Positions 9,720 to 19,404 of a stretch of 44,373 nucleotides of DNA are shown here, in pieces. The stretch lies in sequence record SRR22947725_1190; one strand, written 5' to 3'. The notes below the pieces were generated by a model. It saw nothing but the letters and a program-made list of their open reading frames with translations, was not told where the DNA came from and made no database searches. Position 1 is the stretch's first letter. Every line of letters begins with the position of its first letter. The translations under genes were made by a program, and so were the position numbers.

Positions 9720-9749
9720 TCAACACATTTTGCAACATTTTGACACATT
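9720..9749 (+). promoter_or_regulatory. Three tandem 10-bp direct repeats upstream of gnd
   Basis: TCAACACATT/TTGCAACATT/TTGACACATT, with -10 candidates TAGTTT (9763) or TAAACT (9768). Confidence 0.6.
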
Positions 9750-9822
9750 TTAAAAAAGGCTTTAGTTTAAACTTTATCCAGTTTTATTAGCAAAATATTA
9801 GCAATTATTGTTACGTATGGTT

Positions 9823-11253
9823 ATGGAAAACGTTGAAACAGATATTGGCTTAATAGGCCTTGGTGTCATGGGATCAAGTCTCGCTTTAAATATGGAAAGC
9901 AATGGATTTTCTGTGTCTGTTCATAACCGAACGTCTCCTCAAATACATAACCTAGTCAAAAATAGATCATCAAACAACAAGCTCTATGGCTTTGAGAATC
10001 TTGATGAATTTGTAAAATCTATCAAGAAACCCAGAAAGGTTATGCTGATGGTTGTTGCTGGATCTGTTGTTGATGATTACATTCAAAAGCTAGTCCCCTT
10101 GTTAGATCAGGGTGACATTATTATTGATGGAGGTAACTCTCACTATCCAGACACATCCAGGAGGACTGAGGAGTTAGAGGCCAAAGGTTTTCATTTTATT
10201 GGTGCAGGAGTGTCAGGCGGTGAAGAGGGTGCGCTAAAAGGGCCTTCTATTATGCCAGGAGGCTCAATTTCTGCGTGGCCTGAGGTCAAGGGTATCTTTC
10301 AGGATATTTCTGCAAAAGTAGGTGATAACGAGCCTTGCTGTGAATGGATTGGTGAAGGCGGCTCAGGACACTTTGTGAAAATGGTGCATAACGGCATTGA
10401 GTATGGAGATATGCAGCTCATTTGTGAAGCCTATCAGCTTATGAAAGATGTATTAGGAATGAGCAATGATGAAATGCATCAAACCTTTAAAGAGTGGAAC
10501 GAGGGAGAGCTCAATAGCTACCTCATCGAAATTACAGCGGACATACTTAAATTTAAAGAAGAGGATGGCAGTTATTTAGTAGACAACATTCTTGATACGG
10601 CTGGTCAAAAGGGGACCGGTAAATGGACAGCCTCAGTTGCCTTAGATCTTGGCTCACCCTTAACGCTTATTGGCGAGGCAGTTTTTTCACGATACCTGTC
10701 TTCAATTAAAGAGGAGAGGGTAGAGGCATCAAGCCAGCTAAGTGGCCCAAGAGTCAGCTTTAGTGGAGACAAAGCCCAAGCTTTAAAGGATATTCATGAT
10801 GCTTTGTATGCCTCAAAAATGGTTTCATATGCTCAGGGCTATACGCTCCTTTCAGATGCAGCTAAAGCGTTCAATTGGAATTTGAATTATGGTGCTATTG
10901 CCATGATGTGGAGAGGTGGATGCATTATCAGATCGGCATTCTTAACAAAAATTAAAGATGCTTATGACAACAATTCTGATCTTAAAAATTTATTGCTTGA
11001 CCCTTTCTTTAAGGACAAAATCAATCAATCTCAAGAGGGATGGAGAAGAATCATTGCTGTTGCAATTTCAAATGGGGTTCCTGTTCCAGCAATGAGCTCA
11101 TCACTCTCTTATTTTGATGGTTACAGAAGTGAAAGGCTTCCAGCAAACCTGCTGCAGGCGCAAAGAGACTATTTTGGCGCTCACACCTATGAACGCCTAG
11201 ACGGCAAAAAGGGTGAGTTTTTTCATACAGAGTGGATTCAAAACACTGATTAA
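9823..11253 (+). CDS. gndA: 6-phosphogluconate dehydrogenase, NADP-dependent, decarboxylating
   Basis: GLGVMG, HNRT NADP motif, SGGEEGA, KMVHNGIEYGDMQ and QAQRDYFGAHTY. The exact start (9808, 9817 or 9823) is uncertain. Confidence 0.97.
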   Translation: MENVETDIGLIGLGVMGSSLALNMESNGFSVSVHNRTSPQIHNLVKNRSSNNKLYGFENLDEFVKSIKKPRKVMLMVVAGSVVDDYIQKLVPLLDQGDIIIDGGNSHYPDTSRRTEELEAKGFHFIGAGVSGGEEGALKGPSIMPGGSISAWPEVKGIFQDISAKVGDNEPCCEWIGEGGSGHFVKMVHNGIEYGDMQLICEAYQLMKDVLGMSNDEMHQTFKEWNEGELNSYLIEITADILKFKEEDGSYLVDNILDTAGQKGTGKWTASVALDLGSPLTLIGEAVFSRYLSSIKEERVEASSQLSGPRVSFSGDKAQALKDIHDALYASKMVSYAQGYTLLSDAAKAFNWNLNYGAIAMMWRGGCIIRSAFLTKIKDAYDNNSDLKNLLLDPFFKDKINQSQEGWRRIIAVAISNGVPVPAMSSSLSYFDGYRSERLPANLLQAQRDYFGAHTYERLDGKKGEFFHTEWIQNTD

Positions 11254-11267
11254 GGGCGAGCTATAAG

Positions 11268-12740
11268 ATGAAAGAATCTTCAAAAATAATTGATAGCTTT
11301 GTCCTTTATGGGGTCCTTGGAGACTTATCAGTTCGTAAATTAATACCAGCATGGTATTACCTTGAAAGAGACAGTATGCTCAGTGGTTCACTGCAAATTT
11401 TGGGTGTTGGTAGGAAAAAAATCTCTGACTCTGAATTAAAAAACACTCTTAAAAAATCACTAGAAACCTATGTCTCTACAGAGTACTTAGATCAGACAAT
11501 TGTTTCAACTCTAATAGATCGTTTTAGCTATTGCAGTTGTGATCTTCAAAGCCCAGACAGCTATCAAAAATTAAAGTTTAAAGTTCAGGATTGGAATAGG
11601 CCAATGGCACACTATTTGGCTATCTCTCCAGGGCTCTTTGAATCAGTTTGTGACGGATTATCAGGAGCAGGCCTTGTTACTAAAGAGTGCCGCATCGTAG
11701 TTGAAAAGCCTGTTGGTTATGACTTTGAGTCATCAGAAGAGATTAATGATAAGTTGATCAAACATTTTGATGAATCTCAAATCTATCGAATTGATCATTA
11801 TTTAGGAAAGGAGACAGTCCAAAACTTAATTACACTGAGGTTCGCAAACTCATTATTCTCTAGTCAATGGAATAGTAAAGGGGTTGAGTATGTTGAAATA
11901 ACTGCAGCAGAATCAGTTGGTATTGAGGATCGTTGGGGTTATTTTGATGGCATGGGTCAGTTAAGGGATATGGTTCAGAGTCATCTGTTGCAGCTGCTTT
12001 GTTTGATCGCGATGGAGCCACCGAATAGGCTCGATGATCAAAGTATTCGTTCTGAAAAGGTTAAGGTTTTAGAGGCGCTAAAACCGCTCGATGAGGAAAG
12101 TATAGCCTCTAGCTTCGTCTCTGCTCAGTACACTGATGGTGGCGTTGATGGCGTTCACAAACCTGGATACATTAATGAAGAAGGGGCCAAACCAGACAGC
12201 AAAACCGAAACCTTTGTTTCTGTTAAAACTGAAATACAAAACTGGCGCTGGTCAGGCGTCCCTTTCTATCTAAGGACTGGCAAAAGGATGGAAACAAAGA
12301 CGACCCAGATTGTGATGCACTTTAAGTCAGATGGGCACTACATTTTTAATGAAAACAAAGAGAGCCTCAAGGGTAACACTTTGATTATTAGTCTTCATCC
12401 GACTGAAGGTATCTCTCTCCATGTCTTTACTAAACCTCATGGTGTTGATAAGCATTCGATTATTAGGTCAGATCCAATGAGTTTAGATTTTATTAAAACG
12501 CAACAACTGCTGAATATTCCGAGCGGATACCAGAGTCTTCTAATGGACATTTTGAATGGCAATCAAAGCTTATTTCTTTGTCGAGAAGAGGTGGAGCTTG
12601 CATGGAAGTGGTGTGACGAAACTTTAGATGCTTTCAACAATTCAGATCAAGAGCTCTTCTATTACAAGGCTGGAAGCAATGGTCCAAGGGAGAGTGAGGC
12701 GCTCATAACAAATAACGGGCATCAATGGCATGAGGAGTAG
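11268..12740 (+). CDS. zwf: Glucose-6-phosphate 1-dehydrogenase
   Basis: GxxGDL, VVEKPVG, RIDHYLGKE, RDMVQSH and GVPFYLRTGKR. Confidence 0.97.
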   Translation: MKESSKIIDSFVLYGVLGDLSVRKLIPAWYYLERDSMLSGSLQILGVGRKKISDSELKNTLKKSLETYVSTEYLDQTIVSTLIDRFSYCSCDLQSPDSYQKLKFKVQDWNRPMAHYLAISPGLFESVCDGLSGAGLVTKECRIVVEKPVGYDFESSEEINDKLIKHFDESQIYRIDHYLGKETVQNLITLRFANSLFSSQWNSKGVEYVEITAAESVGIEDRWGYFDGMGQLRDMVQSHLLQLLCLIAMEPPNRLDDQSIRSEKVKVLEALKPLDEESIASSFVSAQYTDGGVDGVHKPGYINEEGAKPDSKTETFVSVKTEIQNWRWSGVPFYLRTGKRMETKTTQIVMHFKSDGHYIFNENKESLKGNTLIISLHPTEGISLHVFTKPHGVDKHSIIRSDPMSLDFIKTQQLLNIPSGYQSLLMDILNGNQSLFLCREEVELAWKWCDETLDAFNNSDQELFYYKAGSNGPRESEALITNNGHQWHEE

Positions 12741-13449
12741 CAAAACATATTACCTGCCTGAGAATGTAGGCTTTTATAGTACGAATAACAGTGAGTCTCT
12801 GGCTGTTGATTTAAGTCAAAATATCAGAGAGATTTTACTTGAGACGATTAAGAAAAGAGGTAGAGCTAGTATGGCAGTTTCTGGTGGGAGTACGCCAGTA
12901 CCACTATTTGTGGCGCTCTCTCATCTAGACATAGATTGGAGCAAGGTTGACCTAACTTTGGTGGATGATCGCTGGGTTGAATCAGATCATAAAGATAGCA
13001 ACGAGCTATTAGTAAAATCACACCTAATCAAGAATAAAGCGGGCAATGTTAATTTTGTTCCTTTAAAAAATAATGCTTTAACTGCTAAAGAGGGTCAAGC
13101 TTCCAGTGAAGAGGCACTAAAAAGTTTTACATTGCCCTTTGATATCTTGGTTCTTGGTATGGGTGCAGATGGCCACACAGCCTCTTTATTTCCATGCTCA
13201 GAAGAGATTAGATCTGCAATGGATTTAGATAATAATGATTGCTTGGTTGCAACGACGCCAACATCAGCCCCATATGATCGTCTGGGAATGACTGCAAAGG
13301 CCATTATGGATGCAAAAAAAATTTTTCTTCATCTGAATGGATCTAGTAAGCTCCATACACTTGAAAAGGCGATGGAACTTAAGGATGTTTACAAAATGCC
13401 AATCTACGCATTCCTTGATGACGGACTTGATATTTACTGGAGCCCATAA
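12730..13449 (+). CDS. pgl: 6-phosphogluconolactonase
   Basis: VSGGSTP, VDDRWV and LGMGADGHTASLFP; follows zwf. Confidence 0.95.
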   Translation: MRSSKTYYLPENVGFYSTNNSESLAVDLSQNIREILLETIKKRGRASMAVSGGSTPVPLFVALSHLDIDWSKVDLTLVDDRWVESDHKDSNELLVKSHLIKNKAGNVNFVPLKNNALTAKEGQASSEEALKSFTLPFDILVLGMGADGHTASLFPCSEEIRSAMDLDNNDCLVATTPTSAPYDRLGMTAKAIMDAKKIFLHLNGSSKLHTLEKAMELKDVYKMPIYAFLDDGLDIYWSP

Positions 13450-13529
13450 ATCAATTAATAATTATTTGATGTAAAGTTTTTAAAAGCTAGGGATAATATT
13501 GTCTTACATTAATCAAATTTAAAGCTTAT

Positions 13530-13853
13530 ATGAAGATTAGTAACATTGATGGTGAAGTTGTTAAGAATAACGAAACATACCTTCTTAAGGATAACACATC
13601 ACTTAATAACCTTGTAGTTAGCTCCACAACGCTGCATCCTGGAAAATCAACTCGAGGGCATAGTCATCCTGGTAAAGAGGAGGTTTACATGATTATGAGC
13701 GGCACTGGAAGGATGCAGTTAGATGATAATGAGTTTGATATTTCTGGCGGAGAGATGATCTTAATTGAGGACGGGGTTTTTCATCGCGTTCACAACACTG
13801 GAGAAGAGGACCTTTACATGGTCTGTATATTTGATGGAGACCGAAACCATTAA
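13530..13853 (+). CDS. Single-domain cupin protein
   Basis: Cupin motif 1 GHSHPGKEEVYMIMSGTG and motif 2 GEMILIEDGVFHRVHNTG. Confidence 0.88.
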   Translation: MKISNIDGEVVKNNETYLLKDNTSLNNLVVSSTTLHPGKSTRGHSHPGKEEVYMIMSGTGRMQLDDNEFDISGGEMILIEDGVFHRVHNTGEEDLYMVCIFDGDRNH

Positions 13854-14811
13854 GACTCATAGTTATAATTTGGTGGGTGATATAGGAGGAACAAATGCCA
13901 GGTTTGCACTTGTGGCTCCTGGCGAGTCAGAATTAACTAATATCAAAACGCTTTCATGTACTGAATTTGAAACGGTTCAGGAGGCACTTGCATCTTATCT
14001 TTCTTCAATTCAAAATGTAGAAATTAACTCATCCTGTATTGCCTCAGCTGGCACCACACATTTGGATATCTTTAAACCAGCAAATAATGATTGGGTCATT
14101 AATAAGGCTGATGTCTCATCTGCACTTCATAACATTGAAGTTAATTGGATTAATGACTTCTCAGCTCAAGCCCTAGCAACGTCGACATTGAGTGAAGATG
14201 ATGTTGTTGTTGTTAATCAAGGCAATGCTCAAATTGATAGAGTTAGGTTAGTCATTGGTCCAGGTACAGGTCTAGGCACTTGCGGGTTAATTGAATCATC
14301 AAATGGATGGATTCCTTTGCCTGCTCAGGGGGGTCATACAGACTTTGCGCCCAACTCAGATTTAGAAATTGAAATATTAAAAATATTAAAAAAACAATTT
14401 GGACACGTTTCGGTTGAGAGAATTTTGTCGGGTCCAGGCATTGTTAACTTGTATAAGGCTTTATGTCAAATTAATGGAAGAGATATTCTTTTTCAGAGTC
14501 CTGCTGAGGTCACTTCAGCTGCAATTCAATCAAATTCAGATTCAACAGCAAAAGAGACGCTTCACCTTTTTTGCAAAATATTTGGCTCTGTCACCGGAAC
14601 AATCGCATTAACAACAGGCTGTCTTGGCGGGATCTATATTACAAGTGATTTGGTAAGAAATTTCTTAGATTTCTTTCTCGAAAGTGACTTCTTGAAGAGC
14701 TTTCAAGATAAGGGAAGGCTTGATTATTACATGACAGATATTCCAATCTGCATATCAAAAAAACAAAACATGGGCCTTATTGGAAGCGCCTACAAGATCA
14801 ATAATTTATAA
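13834..14811 (+). CDS. glk: Glucokinase
   Basis: VGDIGGTNARFAL, INDF, IGPGTGLG, QGGH and ERILSGPG. ATG 13834 is preferred over TTG 13765. Confidence 0.93.
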   Translation: METETIKTHSYNLVGDIGGTNARFALVAPGESELTNIKTLSCTEFETVQEALASYLSSIQNVEINSSCIASAGTTHLDIFKPANNDWVINKADVSSALHNIEVNWINDFSAQALATSTLSEDDVVVVNQGNAQIDRVRLVIGPGTGLGTCGLIESSNGWIPLPAQGGHTDFAPNSDLEIEILKILKKQFGHVSVERILSGPGIVNLYKALCQINGRDILFQSPAEVTSAAIQSNSDSTAKETLHLFCKIFGSVTGTIALTTGCLGGIYITSDLVRNFLDFFLESDFLKSFQDKGRLDYYMTDIPICISKKQNMGLIGSAYKINNL

Positions 14812-14816
14812 GTAAT

Positions 14817-15185
14817 TTATTTAATATCTAACGCAGTCTTCATGAGAAGTCCTGCAATCTCGTCTCTTGATCCAAAATAATTTGAAATAGTGATATTTAG
14901 GTTTGGAAAATCTACAGAAGCGTCCTTAACTTCACCTGGAATATCTCTGTTGATGTGGACACCTGCAGAGAGAAAATAGGGCAAAACAGTGACGTTTAAG
15001 GCTCCTAATTCGCTGCATTTTGCAATAGCCTCTGGAATTGAAGGAGAGGCAAATTCTAAAAAGGCCGGCATAATCTGATCAAAATCATTTGTATTATATT
15101 CAATCATTTTTTTTGATAAGGCTTCAACCTCAAGGTTTGATTCTTCTCTTCGGCTTCCGTGAGCAACCAATAGTAATATATTCAT
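14817..15185 (-). CDS. Short CbiX/SirB-family class II chelatase
   Basis: LVAHGSR, AFLEFASPSI and PYFLSAGVHINRDIP (two metal-binding His); 122 aa, single domain. Confidence 0.88.
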   Translation of the reverse strand: MNILLLVAHGSRREESNLEVEALSKKMIEYNTNDFDQIMPAFLEFASPSIPEAIAKCSELGALNVTVLPYFLSAGVHINRDIPGEVKDASVDFPNLNITISNYFGSRDEIAGLLMKTALDIK

Positions 15186-15264
15186 ACCAGTTCGATAATA
15201 CGTTAAATAGAATTAATTGATTATTTTAGGGTATCTTATCACGTTGAAAAAATAAATTAGAGGC

Positions 15265-16305
15265 ATGCTTTTGTACCAAAGTTCGTCAATTCATGAATCA
15301 GCTGGTGAAACTAAGATTGGATTACTTTTGTCCAATTTAGGAACGCCTGACGCGCCAACTAAGAAAGCAGTCAAACCTTATCTTAGGCAGTTTCTTTCAG
15401 ATACCAGGGTCATAGAGCCCCCACCTCCACGCTGGGTTTGGAAGATCATTCTGAATGCTGTGATCCTTAACCTTAGACCTAGAAAATCAGCCAAGGCCTA
15501 TCAAACTGTTTGGAATACACATGGTGAGGGCTCACCACTTTTGTCGATTGCGAAGCTTCAAAAAACTGAAATTACCTCGCTACTAGAAGAAAAAACTCCA
15601 GGACAGTTTGAGGTTGCTCTAGGTATGTGTTACGGCAACCCATCAATGAAATCAGCTCTCGCCGAGTTAGAGTCCAAGGGCTGTAAAAAAATTATTGTGT
15701 TACCTCTTTACCCTCAATACGCCGCCTCTTCAACTGGCTCTGTTTTTGACGCCGTTGCAAAAGAGTTTTTAACATGGAGAAATGTTCCTGATCTGAGATT
15801 CATTAGTAGTTATAACGAGGAAGAGAAATACATTGATGCTCTTGCTAACAGCGTCAAGGAGTATCAAAAAACTCATGGCAAGCCGGATTTCTTGCTGATG
15901 TCTTATCACGGAATCCCTAAAAGATATTTTGATAAAGGTGATAACTATCCTTGCCAATGCTGCAAAACCACATTCCGTTTAGCTCAAAAACTTGATTTGA
16001 AGCCGAGTGAGTATCAAATGACATTTCAGTCTAGATTGGGGGTTGCTGAATGGATGAAAGAGTACACCGATAAAACTCTGAAGTCGCTTCCCAGTAAAGG
16101 CATTAAAAATGTACAAGTTATTTGTCCAGGTTTTTCAGCCGATTGTTTGGAGACGATTGAGGAAATAAGCGAAGAAAACAAGGATTACTTCATGGAGTCA
16201 GGTGGCCAAAAGTTTGGCTATATTCCAGCGCTTAATGACAGACCAGATCATATTGAATTTTTGACTCAGCTCGTACTTGACAACACATCAGGCTGGAACA
16301 AGTAG
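15265..16305 (+). CDS. hemH: Ferrochelatase
   Basis: NLGTP, LPLYPQY, SYHGIP, FQSRLG and PGFSADCLETIEEI. Confidence 0.96.
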   Translation: MLLYQSSSIHESAGETKIGLLLSNLGTPDAPTKKAVKPYLRQFLSDTRVIEPPPPRWVWKIILNAVILNLRPRKSAKAYQTVWNTHGEGSPLLSIAKLQKTEITSLLEEKTPGQFEVALGMCYGNPSMKSALAELESKGCKKIIVLPLYPQYAASSTGSVFDAVAKEFLTWRNVPDLRFISSYNEEEKYIDALANSVKEYQKTHGKPDFLLMSYHGIPKRYFDKGDNYPCQCCKTTFRLAQKLDLKPSEYQMTFQSRLGVAEWMKEYTDKTLKSLPSKGIKNVQVICPGFSADCLETIEEISEENKDYFMESGGQKFGYIPALNDRPDHIEFLTQLVLDNTSGWNK

Positions 16306-16306
16306 T

Positions 16307-17152
16307 ATGAAAATTGTTATTCTGGGTGGAACTGGATTAATTGGCAGTGCGCTACAAAAAAGTTTTTCAAAAACACACCAAGTAGAAGTATTTAATAGAA
16401 GCGTTTTTAAGTCTGCCGAGTATCTATCCTCGATTATTGATGGCAGTGACTTTGTTATTCAGCTTGCTGGATCCACTATTTCAAAGAGGTGGAGTCAAAA
16501 AATTATCGCTGAGATGAGGCAAAGCAGGGTCAATACAAACCAAATGCTCTCTGATGCGATTAAGCTAATTACTAAGAGGCCTAGAGTGATTTGTTCTTCA
16601 GGGATTAGTTTTTATGCAGAGTCTGACTGTAATAACCCAAAGACTGAAGATGATATTCAGGGCGAGGGTTATTTGACTGATCTCAACATAGCTGTTGAGA
16701 GCGCTGCAAAGTCAATTTCTGATGATGTTACTATTTTAAGGTTTGGTGTTGTTCTTTCAAGAAAGGGCGGCGCATTAGCAAAATTATACTGGCCTTATTA
16801 CTTTGGTGTAGGCGGCCCTATTATGAGTGGAAATCAATGTTTCTCTTGGATACATATTGATGATCTCGTTAAAGCGTTTCATTATCTAATCAATGATCCT
16901 CAGAGTAAAGGTATTTATAACATTACATCACCTGAGCCCGTTCCTCAAAAGGTCTTTGGAAGAGCTCTTGCTAAGTCTTTAAAAAGACCTTTTTTTATTC
17001 CTGTATGGGAGTGGCAACTGAAAATCCTCCTTGGTAAAGGGTCTCAAGTCCTAACTTTAAGTGCATCCGTTATTCCGATGAGATTAATCCAAGCTGGCTT
17101 TGTTTTTGACTATCCTGACATCGACACTGCAATGAGAGATCTAATAGGGTAA
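16307..17152 (+). CDS. TIGR01777-family NAD(P)-dependent epimerase/oxidoreductase (YfcH-like)
   Basis: GGTGLIG, LRFGVVLS and GNQCFSWIHIDD; ATG 16307. Confidence 0.88.
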   Translation: MKIVILGGTGLIGSALQKSFSKTHQVEVFNRSVFKSAEYLSSIIDGSDFVIQLAGSTISKRWSQKIIAEMRQSRVNTNQMLSDAIKLITKRPRVICSSGISFYAESDCNNPKTEDDIQGEGYLTDLNIAVESAAKSISDDVTILRFGVVLSRKGGALAKLYWPYYFGVGGPIMSGNQCFSWIHIDDLVKAFHYLINDPQSKGIYNITSPEPVPQKVFGRALAKSLKRPFFIPVWEWQLKILLGKGSQVLTLSASVIPMRLIQAGFVFDYPDIDTAMRDLIG

Positions 17153-17281
17153 AGCCGCTCAATCCTCATAATGTAAAAGCGTTTGCCTATGGTAAAATGT
17201 GTTTAAGTGTCACACTGTTACATAAGATTGAATGAGGCTTTCCGTTTTGGGGAGTTTTTTTTGTTTATTTTTGGAGAAAAT

Positions 17282-17767
17282 ATGAAAGTTAGTAAGGATA
17301 AGGTTGTATCAATGCACTACACTCTTAAGAATGATGCTGGAGAGGTTATTGATTCATCTGACGGTAAAGAGACTCTTGACTTTTTACAAGGGCATGGAAA
17401 CATTATTCCTGGTCTTGAGTCAGCGCTTGAAGGTGCCAGCAAGGGTGACAAGATGGATGTATCTGTGGAGCCCGAAGAGGGTTATGGTCTGCGCATGCAG
17501 GATGCGATTCAGGAGATCCCTCGCACAGCACTTCAAGGCATTGATGAAGTAAAAATTGGTATGCAGCTTCAATCTCAGGACCAAGATGGCAACCCTTTTG
17601 TTGTTAGAGTTACAAAGCAGGACGATGAGAAAATTACTGTTGACGCAAACCACCCTTTAGCTGGTGAGACCCTTCATTTTTCAGTTAGCATTGAAGATGT
17701 AAGAGATGCTGAGGCTGAAGAGTTATCTCACGGTCACGTCCACTCAGCAGGCGGCCACGCTCACTAA
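17282..17767 (+). CDS. slyD: FKBP-type peptidyl-prolyl isomerase SlyD
   Basis: IIPGLE, DANHPLAGETLHF and His-rich tail ELSHGHVHSAGGHAH. ATG 17282 has SD GGAG. Confidence 0.93.
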   Translation: MKVSKDKVVSMHYTLKNDAGEVIDSSDGKETLDFLQGHGNIIPGLESALEGASKGDKMDVSVEPEEGYGLRMQDAIQEIPRTALQGIDEVKIGMQLQSQDQDGNPFVVRVTKQDDEKITVDANHPLAGETLHFSVSIEDVRDAEAEELSHGHVHSAGGHAH

Positions 17768-17790
17768 TCATAAATCTATAGCGGGCTATA

Positions 17791-18438
17791 GTGATAAAAA
17801 TCATTACATGCCCACTGTGTCAATCAAAGAATCATTCACTGATTCATAAAGATAGCTATAGAGAGTATCTAAGTTGCTCAGATTGTAGATTTGTCTTTGT
17901 ACCTAAATCCTTTCATCTATCAGAGACTGATGAGAAATTAAGGTACGACACTCACAATAACGATCCATTGGACAATCGCTATCGTCATTTTTTATCTCAG
18001 TTAGCAGAACCTCTTTTACAACAAATTCCTGAGAAATCTTATGGCCTTGATTTTGGCTCTGGACCGGGACCCACTCTGTCTTTAATGCTTGAAGAGAAGG
18101 GGCATCATGTTGAGCTATATGACAAATTTTATGCCTCAAAGGGTAGTATTTTTAATAAGCGGTTTGACTTCATCACAGCTACTGAAGTGATTGAACACCT
18201 TAGAGATCCAATGCTTGAATTTAAGCGCTTAGCTTCTACTCTTAGAGTGGGTGGTTATTTCGCGTTAATGACCCACTTATTGACAGAAGAGACTGATTTT
18301 AAATCCTGGTATTACAAAAATGACCCTTCACATATTGGATTTTTTAATAAACAATCTTTGGTTTATATTGCAAAAGAATTAAATTTTGAAGTTGATATTT
18401 ACTCTGAACGTGTCATTTTTTTGAAAAAACTAGGCTAA
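17791..18438 (+). CDS. Class I SAM-dependent methyltransferase with an N-terminal Zn-ribbon
   Basis: CPLC...CSDC, motif I LDFGSGPG, TATEVIEH and WYYKNDPSH. Confidence 0.87.
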   Translation: MIKIITCPLCQSKNHSLIHKDSYREYLSCSDCRFVFVPKSFHLSETDEKLRYDTHNNDPLDNRYRHFLSQLAEPLLQQIPEKSYGLDFGSGPGPTLSLMLEEKGHHVELYDKFYASKGSIFNKRFDFITATEVIEHLRDPMLEFKRLASTLRVGGYFALMTHLLTEETDFKSWYYKNDPSHIGFFNKQSLVYIAKELNFEVDIYSERVIFLKKLG

Positions 18439-19392
18439 TATATTTAAGTAGCTCTCATAGCGATTTTCATTAATTTTTCCACTCTCTAGGGCCATTTTAA
18501 TCGCACAGTCTGGCTCATTAATGTGCTTGCAGTTTCTAAATCGGCATTGATCTGAAAGCGCTTTGAATTCTCTGAATCCTCTCACTATCTGCTCTTCAGA
18601 AAGGTTGTCTAATTGAAACTCTCGGACACCAGGTGAATCAATTAAATCACCACCACTCGGTATATGATAGATTGTTGTATTTGTTGTTGTGTGCTTACCC
18701 AGCTTGCTTTTAATTGAAATTTCATTGACCCTAAGCTCTAAATCAGGAATCAGAGCATTGATCAGTGAAGATTTACCAACGCCAGACTGACCCAAAAATA
18801 TATGAGATTTATTGATTAGTTTATCTTTGAATGAGGCCACATTTAAATCACCCTTAACGCTCATTGTGTGGACATCATAGCCAATATTTCTATAATGTTC
18901 AAAGTCATCATTAAGCTGACTTTCATTTTTTGATAGCTCAATTTTATTGATTACTAAACCTATAGGAAGGTTTGAGTTTTCAGCCATAATAAGGTAACGA
19001 TCAATGAGATCAAACTCATAGTGGGGCTCAATTGCTACGACAAGCCATAACTGATCAATATTGGCTGCAATTAATTTATCTTTTCTTTTGAGCTCAGTTC
19101 TTCTTGGGAAGATGGCAGTGACAATTGCCTCGCCTTGTTTTGTTTTTTGAAACAGGACTTCATCACCTGCAACAGAAAAGCCAATATTTTGTCGGCTTAC
19201 ACACTGATAAATTTCACCATTTTTTGCCTCGACAAGTTGACGCTGACCATACCTTGTAATCACCTTACCGGAATATTCTTTATCTTTCACGTTTAGCCCA
19301 GATTCAGCTTTGATTGAAGCTTTATCAGCGCGAGCAATCTTTTCAGACTGAACTTTATCGATGCGCCATTTTTGTTTTCTAGTAAGTGGCAC
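18430..19392 (-). CDS. rsgA: Ribosome small subunit-dependent GTPase A
   Basis: Circularly permuted GTPase: NKIE, GQSGVGKSS, GKHTT and DSPG, plus the Zn finger CRFRNCKHINEPDC. Confidence 0.96.
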   Translation of the reverse strand: MPLTRKQKWRIDKVQSEKIARADKASIKAESGLNVKDKEYSGKVITRYGQRQLVEAKNGEIYQCVSRQNIGFSVAGDEVLFQKTKQGEAIVTAIFPRRTELKRKDKLIAANIDQLWLVVAIEPHYEFDLIDRYLIMAENSNLPIGLVINKIELSKNESQLNDDFEHYRNIGYDVHTMSVKGDLNVASFKDKLINKSHIFLGQSGVGKSSLINALIPDLELRVNEISIKSKLGKHTTTNTTIYHIPSGGDLIDSPGVREFQLDNLSEEQIVRGFREFKALSDQCRFRNCKHINEPDCAIKMALESGKINENRYESYLNILA

Positions 19393-19404
19393 TAAGCAGT
19401 TAAA

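Noticed and set aside
9825-9838. Possible LacI operator at the gnd start (GGAAAACGTTGAAA)
   Set aside because: Only 8 of 14 positions match the operator at 3506, and it is not palindromic.
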